DNA of 55,298 bases, the filler included, from Sluysia triapertura (lineage: Eukaryota), in assembly GCA_046118255.1 (NCBI GenBank). It is 4 parts of 4 records of this genome, joined end to end, with 100 filler letters (N's around TTAATTAATTAA, not from the genome) between each part and the next. Parts side by side here need not be neighbours in the genome. Positions count along the whole stretch, not along the records: positions 11,253 to 25,577 come from JBJNIA010262840.1; positions 25,678 to 44,403 come from JBJNIA010124190.1; 2 more parts are not named here. The stretch is one strand, 5' to 3'. The stretch's first letter is position 1. Every line of letters starts with the position of its first letter. Position numbers and translations under genes: made by a program. This document shows, one piece after another, positions 14,111 to 27,150 of the stretch. Below the pieces are notes generated by a model. That model had not been told where the DNA came from, searched no databases, and worked only from the letters and a program-made list of their open reading frames with translations.

Positions 14111-17100
14111 ACAAAAAAAATCAAATTAATAGCTTATATTAAATTAAAATATAATCTTATCTTATTTTAATATGATAAAATAAAAAGAATAAATGAAAAC
14201 CTTACCCTACGCATGGATCTTCTAACCATTGTGTCATTGTACCATGATGTCATCGTTGTTATTTTGTTATTGTGTTGTAAAAATTTGGAAATCTTTATTT
14301 TATACTCCCATCATCCAATCAATTCACAATCTCACAACCAAACATTCTCTCAGACAAATCATCCAAACCTCTTTGAGAATCAGACCAATTTATCACCCTA
14401 AACCTCTACGAGATCACTTGACTTATAACGATTATAGAATTACTATCGGTTCCATAATTATCACTACTCAACCCTTGTCGAAGGCAGAGAAGACGTCGAA
14501 GAGTTTAAACCCAATGGAAAGCCTGAAAATTCATCGGATATTCAACCTAGTACCACTTTCTGGAGAACAACAGAACCCCAACGGATCATAATCCTCGAGG
14601 ACTATCTCAAGACACTCGGAAATCGCTGGATTGCTTACAAAATTCTACAGTTTTTCCCACTTTTGTCTTAGAATTTAAGGGTTCACTTTAAATCCACATG
14701 GTTCATTTGTTTGATTTCATAAGAACAATATGAAGAACTGAAAGTCTTGTTCTTCATTATTACAATCCAAATTCTGAGAGAATGTTTCAGACTCCTTCAA
14801 ACGCAAAGTTTAGGTTTGCAGTGTTTCAACCACGCACTATAATTTCATCATCGTTCTCGTACATAAATTCACACAAGCCATAACTCAAGTCATACATAAT
14901 TACATATAAAATATTTTCTACATATCACCACTTCAATACAAAAGTCCTACACTAAAATATATTTAAATTATTAACCATTAAAAAATAAACACAAAGACTA
15001 CTTAAAATTTTAAATTTGAATTCACGTGAATTAAAGGCTAAAAGAGCACATGCTTGTGAAGTCTTGAAAGAAAAGACTTGTATTTTTATGCAACGAAATT
15101 TTGGACGGTTATGACGTCAGAGGATACGATATGATTATGGTTTATAGATGCGTTGGATAACATCGAAAAGTCGGCAACTAGCTTGTTTATGAGATAGGAG
15201 GACCGCTCGCAGAACATATAGGGACCTGTATGCCGTGTTGCGGGCAGCGTTCCTATTTGCCGAAGCTTGACTTTCAAAATTGTATGTGAACAATTTTTGT
15301 TATTTTATCTATTATTAATATTCAATTATTCTTGCTTTTACATATCGCGTAATACATTTAGATTTTTTGTGTTTTACTTATTCAGTTTATATTATCAATG
15401 ACCTTAAGTCCACCTTTGTAAAGATAAATATTTTAATACTTTTTAAATTTAATAATACTTGTTGTAAATTAATGTCTTAATTAATAAACAATTAAATATA
15501 AATACATTAAATTCCATAACATTAAAAGGTTTACTAATCCATTCTGAATTCCTTGGCATATTGAAAAAAGAAGAGTATAATGAAACCCTTCGTAAACTCT
15601 TCTTTAATTAATGCTTCCTTTAGTAAATACAGTTCTGTCAGGAAGGAGTGTTCACGGCATAAACTAATTTGCAAATATTGCTGACAAAATTATACTTCAT
15701 TAATCGTGAACCATCAAATAACAGCTATACCCAGAACTGTTGCAGCTCTTGTGGCATACAACAATATTCGACTCGCATCACCATCTTCCATCACTTCAAC
15801 TGCCATAACTAACTCTCCACGCAGATCCCAACTTTAATGGAATATGCTATTATCGTACTAAGTTTTAACAGAAAGCTAAAAGCAGTGTTCTTGGGTGAGA
15901 ATATAAAGACAAGCTTCCAACTTTCAAAATGAAACGTTGGTGTATTTGTCATGCACTTTATAAATTTCAGTAATCCAAAAAATGAATGGGATACTGGTGG
16001 CAACGGCTTCACCGAATCAAGTATTACTCCATAGCACATTTCTGTTACCGCTAACATTCAAAAAATTTCAACATTTCTGCTTTGAATTTCTCAGCGATAC
16101 AGAAGCAGTCTTATTCGTTATCCCTCGAAAACTTATTAAGACAATCATTAATAGATAAACTAAAACCGGATTACGACCAGAATTAATAACTTGTGTTACC
16201 TTAATAGAAGGAAAACCTTTTAAAGAAGTAATTAAGAAAATAAGAAGTATTGAACGTTCCTACAAGTATAAAAAGAATAAGAATAATATTTATTGTTCGG
16301 TTTTTACTTCTAAAGAGAACAATTATGAAATTTCTTAAAATGGGTTCGCCTACGATAAACGTTTTATCTTATATGAAAAAGGACGTTCTCGTAGGATTTT
16401 AACGTGCTAAAAAAAACTGAAGATTAAAATACTAAACGTAACAACGTTATTTTTAATGAATACTTAATGACGGGTGAAAGAACGTTAAATCGACGAAGTT
16501 TATTTTATAATAATTTAATTCTTTTAAATTCTCAAAAATTATAACGTTAATAATAATACGCAAGTATACGCAATACGCAGTTTGCTGAATAATTCTTTAG
16601 TAAGTCGCAATTAGCTTAATTAATTATCAAAAAATTAATTCCCTTGAATCGTACTAATCGTTCTTTTAAAATACTCAGGGGTGTGCAATATTAAATGAAT
16701 CTTCAAAAAATATCAATTAGTTTAAATCACTCTTTTAACAACTTAATTAATTCTTAAAAATTGTCCTTCTTGAATTTAATAAATTTATTTTTCTTATGAA
16801 CTCAATCGTACTAATCTGTTAATTTTATTTATTTAGGGACTCAATAAATGAAACACAAACAAAATAAAACCTTTTTATTATATAAGATAAAATTTAGCTA
16901 ACAAATGGATAAACCTTTTATTATATAAAATAAAACTTTGGTTAATAAATAGATAAGAACAAATATAATAAGCTCTATAAAATTTTATGGAATAACTTTT
17001 AAAATTGAGTGGATTTTGACCCGAAGATTTATTCTTGGGTTTCTTAAAAAACTAAAGTGACTATTAATTTGAGTATATTTTGAGATGCCTTTTATTAGGG

Positions 17101-17149
17101 TCAAAACCTATGGAAAACAAGCTTACTTAATCGAGTTGATAAATTAATT

Positions 17150-17380
17150 TTTCAAAGACGAATTGTTCCAATTTTTTCCAAATAATCTTTTGTATAGACG
17201 CGAAAATGTTCCACAATATAGAGTTGACCAAATAAATTTGTTCCAAAATAAATTTCTCCAAATGCACGAACTGTTCCACAATAAAATTTTGATCCAACAC
17301 TTTTCCAAATAGAATTACTCCACTAAACAAATTTTTCCGAATAGTTTTCTCCAAAAACACGAACTGTTCCACAATAATTT
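17150..17380. repeat. Degenerate short tandem array (ACGAACTGTTCCACAATAA / TTTTCCAAATA motifs), probably a transposon subterminal array
   Basis: The motif recurs many times; the repetitive minus-strand ORF (EQFVFLEK, EQFVHLEK) is a by-product. Confidence 0.6.
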
Positions 17381-17525
17381 ACGAGTCTTTTTAACTTTCG
17401 AATTAACTTTTTTAATTAACTTGTGTAGCGATGTTTATATTGTTCCTTTTTATATATTTTTGAGTATCCGCTTATTCGATGTATAAATAATGAAATTTCC
17501 GTTTTTGTAGATGTAAATATTATAT

Positions 17526-17655
17526 TATCCGAAATAATATGTTTTAAAATAAATAATTGTTTATTAATTGAAATGGTCAAAATTAGATAATATCCGAAAT
17601 AATATGTTTTAAAATAAATAATTTTTAATTGTTTATTAATTGAAATGGTCAAAAT
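17526..17655. repeat. Local tandem duplication of about 60-70 bp
   Basis: tatccgaaataatatgttttaaaataaataat...tgtttattaattgaaatggtcaa occurs twice in succession. Confidence 0.8.
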
Positions 17656-18991
17656 AATATTGTTTATTTCCGAAATACATTTGAATGATAAAATGATTTA
17701 CATTTGAATTATAAATATCCTTTTTACAAAATTATAATAATCATGTTTTATTAAAACCTTTATTATTATTATTTTTACAAATTATTATTACAAAAATTTT
17801 TATATTTTTACAAATTAATATTTACAAATTTCTTTAAATTTTATTAAAATTTTTATTATTTACACTTTTTATATTTTTACAAAGCAATATTATTCTTTAC
17901 AGTTTCATTTTCCGAGATATAATGAATGTGGTGGCACGCTTAGCTGATGTATATTGATTCTGAACAATTTTCGAAATGATCGTTGTGAAATACCGATGTT
18001 TTTTCGACTGTTTCTGTTTGTGTTGTGGTGCATTGTCGTCATTATTCGTTGTTGTTAACGATGATGTCGTTAAGTCTATTAAGAATTACCTTATTATTTT
18101 TATCATATGTATATTTGTTGTATTGCCATCAGCTTATAAATAACAATGACTATGACTTATTTGGATATGTTTGATAGTAGTACACGTGGTGGTTGTGAAA
18201 GTGGTGATATTAATATGGTACTTTGATGTTGGTTTTCCTTGACAGTAGAGCTTATTTGATTGAGATTTCTTTGGCTTTTCTTAAGGTCGTCTTTTCTACT
18301 ACTTTTGTGTTTCATTATGTGGTTATAACTTCACCATTTCTTTGTGATTCGATTGTTATTCAAGAAGTTTTGAAATCGAACTAATTAATTTTTTAAAACA
18401 GTTCTTCTTTGTTGCACTATTGATTGCAATTAATTGAATACATAATTTACTTCAAAGTACGATTATTTCGTTCGTTTTCCATACGTTCTGTTATATTTAA
18501 TTATTGAAATTTAATTATTAATTCTGACCGGATTATGACCGACTGAAAAGAATGAATTGTTTTATAAAGGTAAATATAAAGTAATTTTTGATCTCCTAAG
18601 CAATTACCCAACTGCTGTGAACAAATGTATTTTTGTCACAAAAACTGATCAAGATAGCTAAGACAAAAGAGAAAACTTTGTATATATAACTTTAACCTCA
18701 TTAAAAGTGCTGCCTCAACACATTTGTGATAAACACTGTGATTGAAGACTTATCTTCAGCAAGTGCCTAAACTTTATAAGAAATAATTTTATTGTTGAGG
18801 TTAGCAACTTACGTTATTGTTATTTTATTATCGTTAATGCGGGCGACAACATTTATCGTGCTGTGTCATCACTGGATTTTTTATATATTTAGTTCAATAG
18901 ATTTATAATTGTTGAATTTATATATATAAAGTATGTCGTCATAAAAGAGAAGTTGATAATTTATTGTGATAATTAAGCATACATTGAAATT

Positions 18992-19270
18992 TCGTATTTT
19001 CCGGACTATAAGGTGCATCCTAAAAAATGAACTTTGTGTAAAATATTTTTATAAATAAGGCGCACTATAACAATGAATTGACTGATTCATATATTAAATT
19101 AAATCAAGATATAATATATAATTATTTATACATAATATAATCAAAAGATCAAAATATATAATATAATATATTAAATTTAACGCTCTTCATTGTAGAAAAT
19201 ATCACATTCGCTTATACTAACGTAATTACCATCTTTTTTCAGTATCACGTGATTATAAGGTGCACCTCCT
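18992..19270 (+). mobile_element. Single terminus of a Tc2/pogo-like element
   Basis: CGTATTTTCCGGACTATAAGGTGCA resembles pogo/Tc2-type TIRs, with internal ATAAGGYGCAC repeats near 19055 and 19255. No matching right TIR seen. Confidence 0.45.
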
Positions 19271-19829
19271 AAATTGTTTCTAAAAATCTTTTTAAGGCAT
19301 TTAATTATTGAGTTATTTTTAAATAAAGATACAACTAGAGCGCCACAATGATGACATTCAAATACAATTTGGAAATTTTAACGTCTCACAAAAATGCGAA
19401 CAAGGCTAATTTTCTTTGCTTCATTTATACAATTAAAAAATATTGATCTTATAAATATAAGAAATTTTAAATAAGCTTCATTTACACTAAATATAATATA
19501 AATGAAGTTTTCTATGGATTACACTTTAATTTTACTTTCTTACATTAGGTACTTAGGGCAATCACTTAACACCGTTCCCTAATTTAATAATGGTTACAGA
19601 AGTCGAAAGATATAAAAATAATACATCGAAAGATCTTGACAATTGTTAATACTTCATTTAAATTTAAATTATTGAAAGACAATAATAATAGGTTGCTATA
19701 ATTAATTTTGAATTATTAATGTTGAATACAGTTTATTTGAAATTCACATACATTTATACAAACGCAACTATCTGAAATCAATACACATAAGCTTTGATAA
19801 TACATTCAATTAAAGCGAATATATAAATT

Positions 19830-20088
19830 ATGTCAATTTTAATGTTAAAGTTAAAAATGAAGTTATTCGGATTTTTTATATTAATAATGACATTGATAAA
19901 TATAAATGGATTAGAATTTGTTGATCGAAATCAGTGGCATGCAGAACCACCTAAATCATCGGTAAAAATGACAGCTACACCGTACTATGCATTTATACAT
20001 CACAGTTATATTCCGGGAGCTTGTTATTCTTTATGTGAATGTTGTGAAGCTATGAGAAGTATTCAAAACTACCATATGAACATAAGAG
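19830..20088 (+). CDS. PGRP: Peptidoglycan recognition protein (Amidase_2 domain), secreted short type, exon 1
   Basis: Hydrophobic signal-like segment (MKLFGFFILIMTLINING; the true start may be ATG 19857), then FVDRNQWHAEPPK...YAFIHHSYIPGAC...MRSIQNYHMNIRG. Phase-1 GT donor at 20089. Confidence 0.9.
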
Positions 20089-20995
20089 GTTAATATTATA
20101 AACTAATTACTTTACCTCACAAATGGGTTAACCTGCAGTTGGCGTATCACAAATTTATTGATAAGCATCTATACTAAATTTTAAACTTCATAAATTGTCA
20201 TGGACAGAATGACGTAGCCTTATAATATGGAAAAATATTTTTTGATTTAGCTCTATTATTTGAAATTACTTCATTGGTTAATACAAATTAAATTAATCAA
20301 TTTACTAAATAAAACTCATAAACTATTTATAAATCTAAATGAAAACTTTTTATGATGTTCTCTAAAAGCAAATAATGTTTGAAATGTTTCTGCATTCTGT
20401 GGAGTAGAAGTTGTATTCCAATTAAATAATTCACCCAATGCATATATACTTTAAAATTGATGTTTTTATATCCACGTAAATGATGAAGTATGACAGTTAA
20501 AAATCGTCTAATTTCCTACTTAAAATCCATTTATTGTTAGCCGCTACTAAAATATTAAAAATGATCATGATTCTTCTTGCATTATTATTAAATTGAAATC
20601 GTTCGTAGTTATTTATATTCATTTGATTTTTATACTGATAATAAGACTTAAATGTGTTTTGTGCAGGATCTTCTTCAGCCTTATTTAAAAAATTACTGTA
20701 TCCAATTAATAATAAGCCTGCAGCTAATGATTCATATCTTTCTCGATACTTTTAGTATGACATTAATGCATATATAAAGTGTGCATAAATAGTGATAATT
20801 AAATTCACTATGTACCTCCAAGATTTTGTTATTAATTAATTAAAGAAGTATTAATAAAAGAAGTATTTAATTAATAAAAGAAGTATTTGCTCGCATTCCT
20901 CTTATTGTATATTCAAACACTACTTACATCTTATTTTGAACAGTTATTCAAAATATTCATAAACATATTTAAATCTTTTATGCTGCGTAATGAAA

Positions 20996-21175
20996 NNNNN
21001 NNNNNNNNNNNNNNNNNNNNNNNNNNNNNNNNNNNNNNNNNNNNNNNNNNNNNNNNNNNNNNNNNNNNNNNNNNNNNNNNNNNNNNNNNNNNNNNNNNNN
21101 NNNNNNNNNNNNNNNNNNNNNNNNNNNNNNNNNNNNNNNNNNNNNNNNNNNNNNNNNNNNNNNNNNNNNNNNNNN
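20996..21175. other. Assembly gap (180 N) inside PGRP intron 1
   Basis: Run of N. Confidence 0.97.
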
Positions 21176-21953
21176 ATTAAAAATTGTTTTGTGTGCTTTT
21201 ACTTTTAAGTAAAATTTCGTCATATTTATTAAGCTGCTAAGATTGTTAAGACTTAGATAATGCAAAATATTATGTTAAGAAATCTGCTGACTCTTAAATA
21301 TCTTTTAAATTCAAAGCTCAGAAATCCAATTATATTTTCTATATCACAAATATTACAATAAATAACACTTTAAAATTAATTACTCCAAATAAATATTAAA
21401 CTTACAAATCAAATAGTCGTTAATTAACAATTAACTATATGGAGTACTATTAAAATTACACAAATAAATAAAGTGTTGGTGAAGCAACCCAAACTTTGAT
21501 GTCACCAAAAGTTAAATCAAAATAACCAATTAAAAACTAAGTAATAAAAATTTAGAAACTAACACATGGGTTTCCGCTCAATGACATTAGATAAACTATT
21601 ATTCCAATAATTTCGTTTTGGAATTATTTTCTTAATCAACTTGCTTATACAGTAATTTTCTAACCAAATCTATATCGGTAATCTACAATTAATAAGTAGC
21701 ACGTAATATACACACATTCAGTTTCTCTGTTTTCAAATTACATGAATTAAATCTGACAAGCTAAGGCAAATTACTAATCTTTTAAAATTGATTCATGTGA
21801 TTAATTAACTTTACATTATACACATCTCACTTTACAATAATATTTTATATTTCAAACATCAACTTAATTTTTCATATGACTTTTTCTACTTTTAATAACA
21901 TCTAACTGTTAGGGCGAGGCCTAAAAACTAAATATAATATCGAAGCGAAATAT

Positions 21954-21954
<1 letters not shown>

Positions 21955-22015
<61 letters not shown>
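21955..22015. repeat. (AAT)n microsatellite
   Basis: Directly visible. Confidence 0.97.
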
Positions 22016-22703
22016 GACTAATAAAGCAATATTTACTAACTTTATGATTTGGGTTCCTCAGAACGACATATTTATATGATTTATCGCAAAAAACGAAGTA
22101 TTCGAAGAACTCTTCGGACTTTTTTATATCTTCTATTTTGTTTTACTATCTGTATCACTAAAATGATTGTTCAATTCGATTTAGCTTCTTGACTGGTTTT
22201 ATAAGGGTCAATAACTTTAAGTTAATATGTGAACCATATTCAACAGTTTAATTTAGCTTTCTTTAATGGTAGTAAATTCCCTTATTTGAATGGAATCGAC
22301 CCAACTCATTAGATCTATTTTATTACAAAATGAGCACTTAACAAAAATTCAATTCATAACATTATCAACAAAATTCCCAGTCTAAATCACTTAATCTTAA
22401 ACATTTCACAAATTTTTCACTCATTGTATTTTTAAATCAAACAATTTACAACCTCATTCAATGTAACATTTTAAACCTATTGAAATTAACAAATTTATCA
22501 TTCTACTATATCATCTACAAATTCAAACAATCCATATCCATACGATATATAGCAAGAACACAATATAACTCATTTAATATACTACATATATTTCTAAAAC
22601 ACCGAAGAAAAGTCACAATTTACAATACCCAATTCATTTAATGAATTCATCATACAGATCAATTAGAACTCACATAAACTATATTTACACAAAATTAAAA
22701 TAT

Positions 22704-22841
22704 TGTTAGACTTCATAAAATGGACTGACCCGGGATCGAACCTGGGATCTATGTCTGCGCAGAGCTATTAGCCCCGTCTAACAAATTTATTTTATTATAC
22801 TCAGTTTTACCAAATGGCACTTTAGGCCTTTTACCCCAACA
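22704..22841 (-). mobile_element. Short dispersed repeat with TGTT...AACA ends and internal tRNA-like module (copy 1)
   Basis: Minus strand: TGTTGGGG..AGGCCTAAAGTG...TTGTTAGACGGGGCTAATAGCTC...GGTTCGATCCCGGG..AGTCCATTTTATGAAGTCTAACA, flanked by ATAT on both sides. Related copies at 33031, 33622 and 38874. Confidence 0.7.
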
Positions 22842-25451
22842 ATATCACCACACATAACTCAGTAAATTTAATTAGTATTAATCTGTCACTATCAATAAAT
22901 ATTCTAACTCGCGATCTTACACAATACAAACAATTAAACAAACTTTCACTTAACTTATCAGATGATCCTCAAACAACTTACACATATTCTTCCAATATTT
23001 TTCTTTTTTTACTCTAATGTGCAACCACATTAAAACCAAATATATTCTTTTGATAAAGATCATCTAAAAGAACAAATAAAAAAATAAAGATCAGATTATC
23101 GATATAAAAACCAATATATAGAAAAGTCATTTCTAAAAATTTAAAGCATTTTCAGTTAACATTTTTAGGATATGTGTAGAACTTTATGTAAGAAAAAAAA
23201 TCTTATACAATACTAATAAAAAGAAAAATAATGGAACCAAGAAAAGAACCAACAAGAAGTTTAAGAAATAAGATCGTAATTCAAATCGATTTAGCGTTTT
23301 TATTTAGAACTTTATGCAGGATCTTGTGGCATAAGCTATAAAGCAACTGAGACTGGAATAGTGCAATATAAAGCAGATTTTCGTTGTGTTATTTTATACA
23401 TATTTTATGTATCTGTGTTATTTTTTTTTGTTATAAAATTAATAATAAAAATAAAATTCACAATGGCCTCCGGGCATTATCATTGTTAAACAATTAATAT
23501 TGGCTTTCAAGCTAATTACATGCACATTATAGATTAATTGGCTAAATAAAAAAATTAAAAAGATCAATACTAACCACAAATTTTTAAATAACAAAAACAC
23601 AATTCTAGAAATGAAATAGAAACATGTGAAGAATCAATTGAGCAAACTTATGCTACAATCTTAGAGATGCAACAAATATTTAGATATAAAAGTGTTAAAA
23701 ATTATTACAAATATTACAAAAGTTTTAGTAATTAGTGATAAATCGATAATTTAACCTATTTTTGTTTGGTTATTAGCTCGCATTCCAGAATTACAAAAAT
23801 ATGGCTTATCTATGGTTCAAATCTCACATAAATTTCTGCATAATTATCCAACTATATACAACTCAAATAATTTTTCAATTCTAAGAAGCTGTACAAGTTA
23901 TAGTAGTTATATTAATGTATCTTTCTGAAGTAATGAATTTTTTAAGCTCATTAGCACTATCGTAAACTTAGTTTAGTTAATGTGGAAGGTTTTCAATTCA
24001 AATGAATTATTCGATTCAATAAGAGATTTAGAGAAATACATATTTTCAATTTTTGTCAATCTGGAAAATCAATTCTTTTTAGATAGTATCTAATAGTCCT
24101 ATGCAGGATACTTTTTTTTGCAATAAATGACATTTTAATATCGATGAAAGCTGGAAAATATGCATTAATGTTTTAAGAATTGCAAGATGATATATTAGTA
24201 AATATTAAAAGATCTTATGCGATTGTTCAACAAATTATAGATTATTTTTACAATCACAGTTCATATATGTTAACTTTTCATATGACTTATCGTGTATTTT
24301 CTAAAGATATCATTTTTGATATTGAACTATTTGAAGCTAAGCGTTATTAAATTTATTGATAAAATTATTATTTTTATTATTAATTAAGATTTTAAGTAGG
24401 AAATACATGGTTTGTGTTCTGATATTTTCTTATTAATTGAATCAGTTACAAATACTTTAGCTGATTTACTAAGAGATAATTATTCTTCCTAAACTTGATG
24501 TTAACTCCTAAATTTTTATATTACCTAATCGATTGATTAATTTACACCTAATTTATCGAACATTTAAAAAAATTGATGCAATTAATCTTCCTGAAAATTA
24601 CATGACAGAAATTAATATTTGGTCTTAGAACATGTTAGTTGAGATAAAGAGTTTTGTGAATTAAAATGTTATAGTAATGTTTGACATATGTAATAGTGTA
24701 GGTGCATTCAGATTTTTAAGATTTCATCAGCACAATGTCAAAGTAAAATGGCACTAAAATTAATGGCACTAAAATATAAAAATTAAAATTAAATTAAAAA
24801 CTGTGCAAAATATAAAAATTATAAAATTGATTAGAAAAGACTTATTAACAATTAATTATTATGAGATAAAACATATTTAAAATAATTAATTATATAGCAC
24901 ACGTACATGTACATAGTAATTAATAAAAAGAAAAATTTTTATAAATGTAGTCGACAAATTTTAGTCGCATTAGTTGAAAATAAAATAACTTAAAATCATT
25001 TAAAAATCTTATTTTCCAAAAAAGAAAATTAAGTTCCTAAGAAAGAAATTATTTTTCGAAAAAAGAAAATTCGCTTCTAAAAATAGAACATAAGCTAGTA
25101 TATAAACTAGCATCAGTTTAATGAAAATCACCATTTTGAAATGCATCAGTAAAAAGTAAATAAACAAACTATTAGTAGTCATATAACAAACATTTATAAT
25201 TAAATATAATTCATCACGTGATCAAAATAGATTAATTATCATTTGATGTTTAAAATTGTAAATAAAACTCTTTAAATATATTAATAATTAATTTAATTAA
25301 TTAATTAAATTAATTATTAATAAAAGCATCAATTAATTACTTTAAATTTCCAAAACATTAAAATAAAATTATTGATTGTATGTTTACTTGGCAGAATAAT
25401 TTCCACTAATTAAAAATGAAAATTAAATATTTCACGATTTTATAATTTTAG

Positions 25452-25565
25452 GTTGGGATGATATTGGTTACAGCTTTGCAGTGGGTTCAGATGGTCGCGT
25501 ATACGTGGGTAGAGGATGGAATGTGGTCGGTGCTCATACAAAAGGGTATAACAGTATTGGATTGG
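25452..25565 (+). CDS. PGRP: PGRP exon 2 ([38 protein letters not shown]); not in the ORF track
   Basis: TTTTAG acceptor at 25450-25451 is phase-compatible with exon 1 and restores RGWDDIGY. Canonical PGRP core; GT donor at 25566; an assembly gap follows at 25578. Confidence 0.92.
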
Positions 25566-25679
25566 GTTATTTTATTANNNNNNNNNNNNNNNNNNNNNNN
25601 NNNNNNNNNNNNNNNNNNNNNTTAATTAATTAANNNNNNNNNNNNNNNNNNNNNNNNNNNNNNNNNNNNNNNNNNNNAA

Positions 25680-26566
25680 AACGTGAAATTTGTATTTTTG
25701 CCGCCTAATACGACACCAGTTATTCAGCCGATGGATCAGGGAGTAATATCGACTTTTAAAAGTTATTACCTTCAACGAACATTTAAACTACTTTTAAGTG
25801 AGACTGATGGACAAGATAAGCATACCATGCTAGAGTTTTGGAAAAAGTTCAGCATTATGAAAGCCATAGAAATTATTTCCGATTCATGGAAGGAGACTAA
25901 ACCATCTTGCATGAATGGTGTTTGGCGAAAAATATGGTCTAAATGTGTTCACCGAATATGCGCTGTTCGTCATGAAATTTCTAATTTTGAAGGTATGGAG
26001 GAGACTGACAAATAAATTGCTAACCTCGCACAGCCAAGAATTCTTTAATGAAGAACTATTGCAACTGGAATTGCAATTTGTTAATGAAGATGACAATGAC
26101 CGTTCAATAGAAATCTCCGAAGACCAAAATTTAACCTCCAAACAAATTTCCAAAGCGATGTGTTTGATTGGCAAAGCTATGAAAATTTTTTTAAAAAACG
26201 ATCCAGACAGCGGAAGGAGTTTTGAAGTGTCCCAGGCAGTAGCTACGAACATAAATTGCTACAAGGAAATTTATTTTACGTTGAAAAAAAAGCTGTTCTG
26301 CAAACATCGTACTCATCAGAAAGTGATTAATTTTAATTTTGTTTTTTATAAATTAATTGAATACGTTTTTTTGTTTTTTGTACGTATGTAATAAAATTCT
26401 ATATTATTTTTGTTTTTTAAATATTTATTTTGTTCAATTTTATTTTTAAAAAGTGGTATTTTCGTAACCTATTTTCGATCTTTACATGGTTTGCTTTAGA
26501 AAATCGTAAGTCATTTTGCGTCGTGTTTTTTGGAACGTAACCCCAACGCAAAGTGAGGCATTGGTG
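25680..26566 (+). mobile_element. Tigger/pogo (DDE_1) transposase remnant, frameshifted, with right end
   Basis: FLPPNTTPVIQPMDQGVISTFKSYY...LEFWKKFSIMKAIEIISDSWKE...MNGVWRKIW is the Tigger/CENP-B-like DDE_1 C-terminal signature. It continues in a second frame. Terminus-like CGCAAAGTGAGGCATTGGTG followed by TA. Confidence 0.88.
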
Positions 26567-27150
26567 TAATTCATTTATGCCTCTTATTATGAAACAATAT
26601 TTTGCTTAGAAAATATCTACAAATAAACTAAAACTTACATCTGGTTATAAATTACATCTCCAAACTAATATATAAAATTTATTCAATATAAATTCATATT
26701 TCCACTTATTATTTATTAAAATGATTACTATGATGATCACGTTACATTCACTAATTTCCAAATAAACCATAATTCGTTTTCTAATAAATTTTATAAAAAC
26801 CATTACTATGTTAAAAATCATCAAAACTTCAATTTGTATATATCATAAAATAATAAATACTCATCAATCAATTAATAATCTATCAGTGTATTTTGTTTTT
26901 AAATTGATTTTCAAAACAATTATTATAAAAAATGATTCAATAAAACAAAAGAACATCAAAACATTAAAATGAAAATGAAAATTATAATTTTTTTATTTTA
27001 TACACATTATAAAATATTTAGAATTAAATATATGATCAACGAATAGTAATAAATAAAATGTGCCTTTTTTGTGCAAATTATTTTTTTTTGCTGTTTGTGT
27101 CTGTTTCAAAAATGTGAATAGAAAATAGTTTTGTTTTTAGTTGAATAAAT

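Noticed and set aside
20887-21265. ORFs containing X runs
   Set aside because: Artefacts of the N gap.
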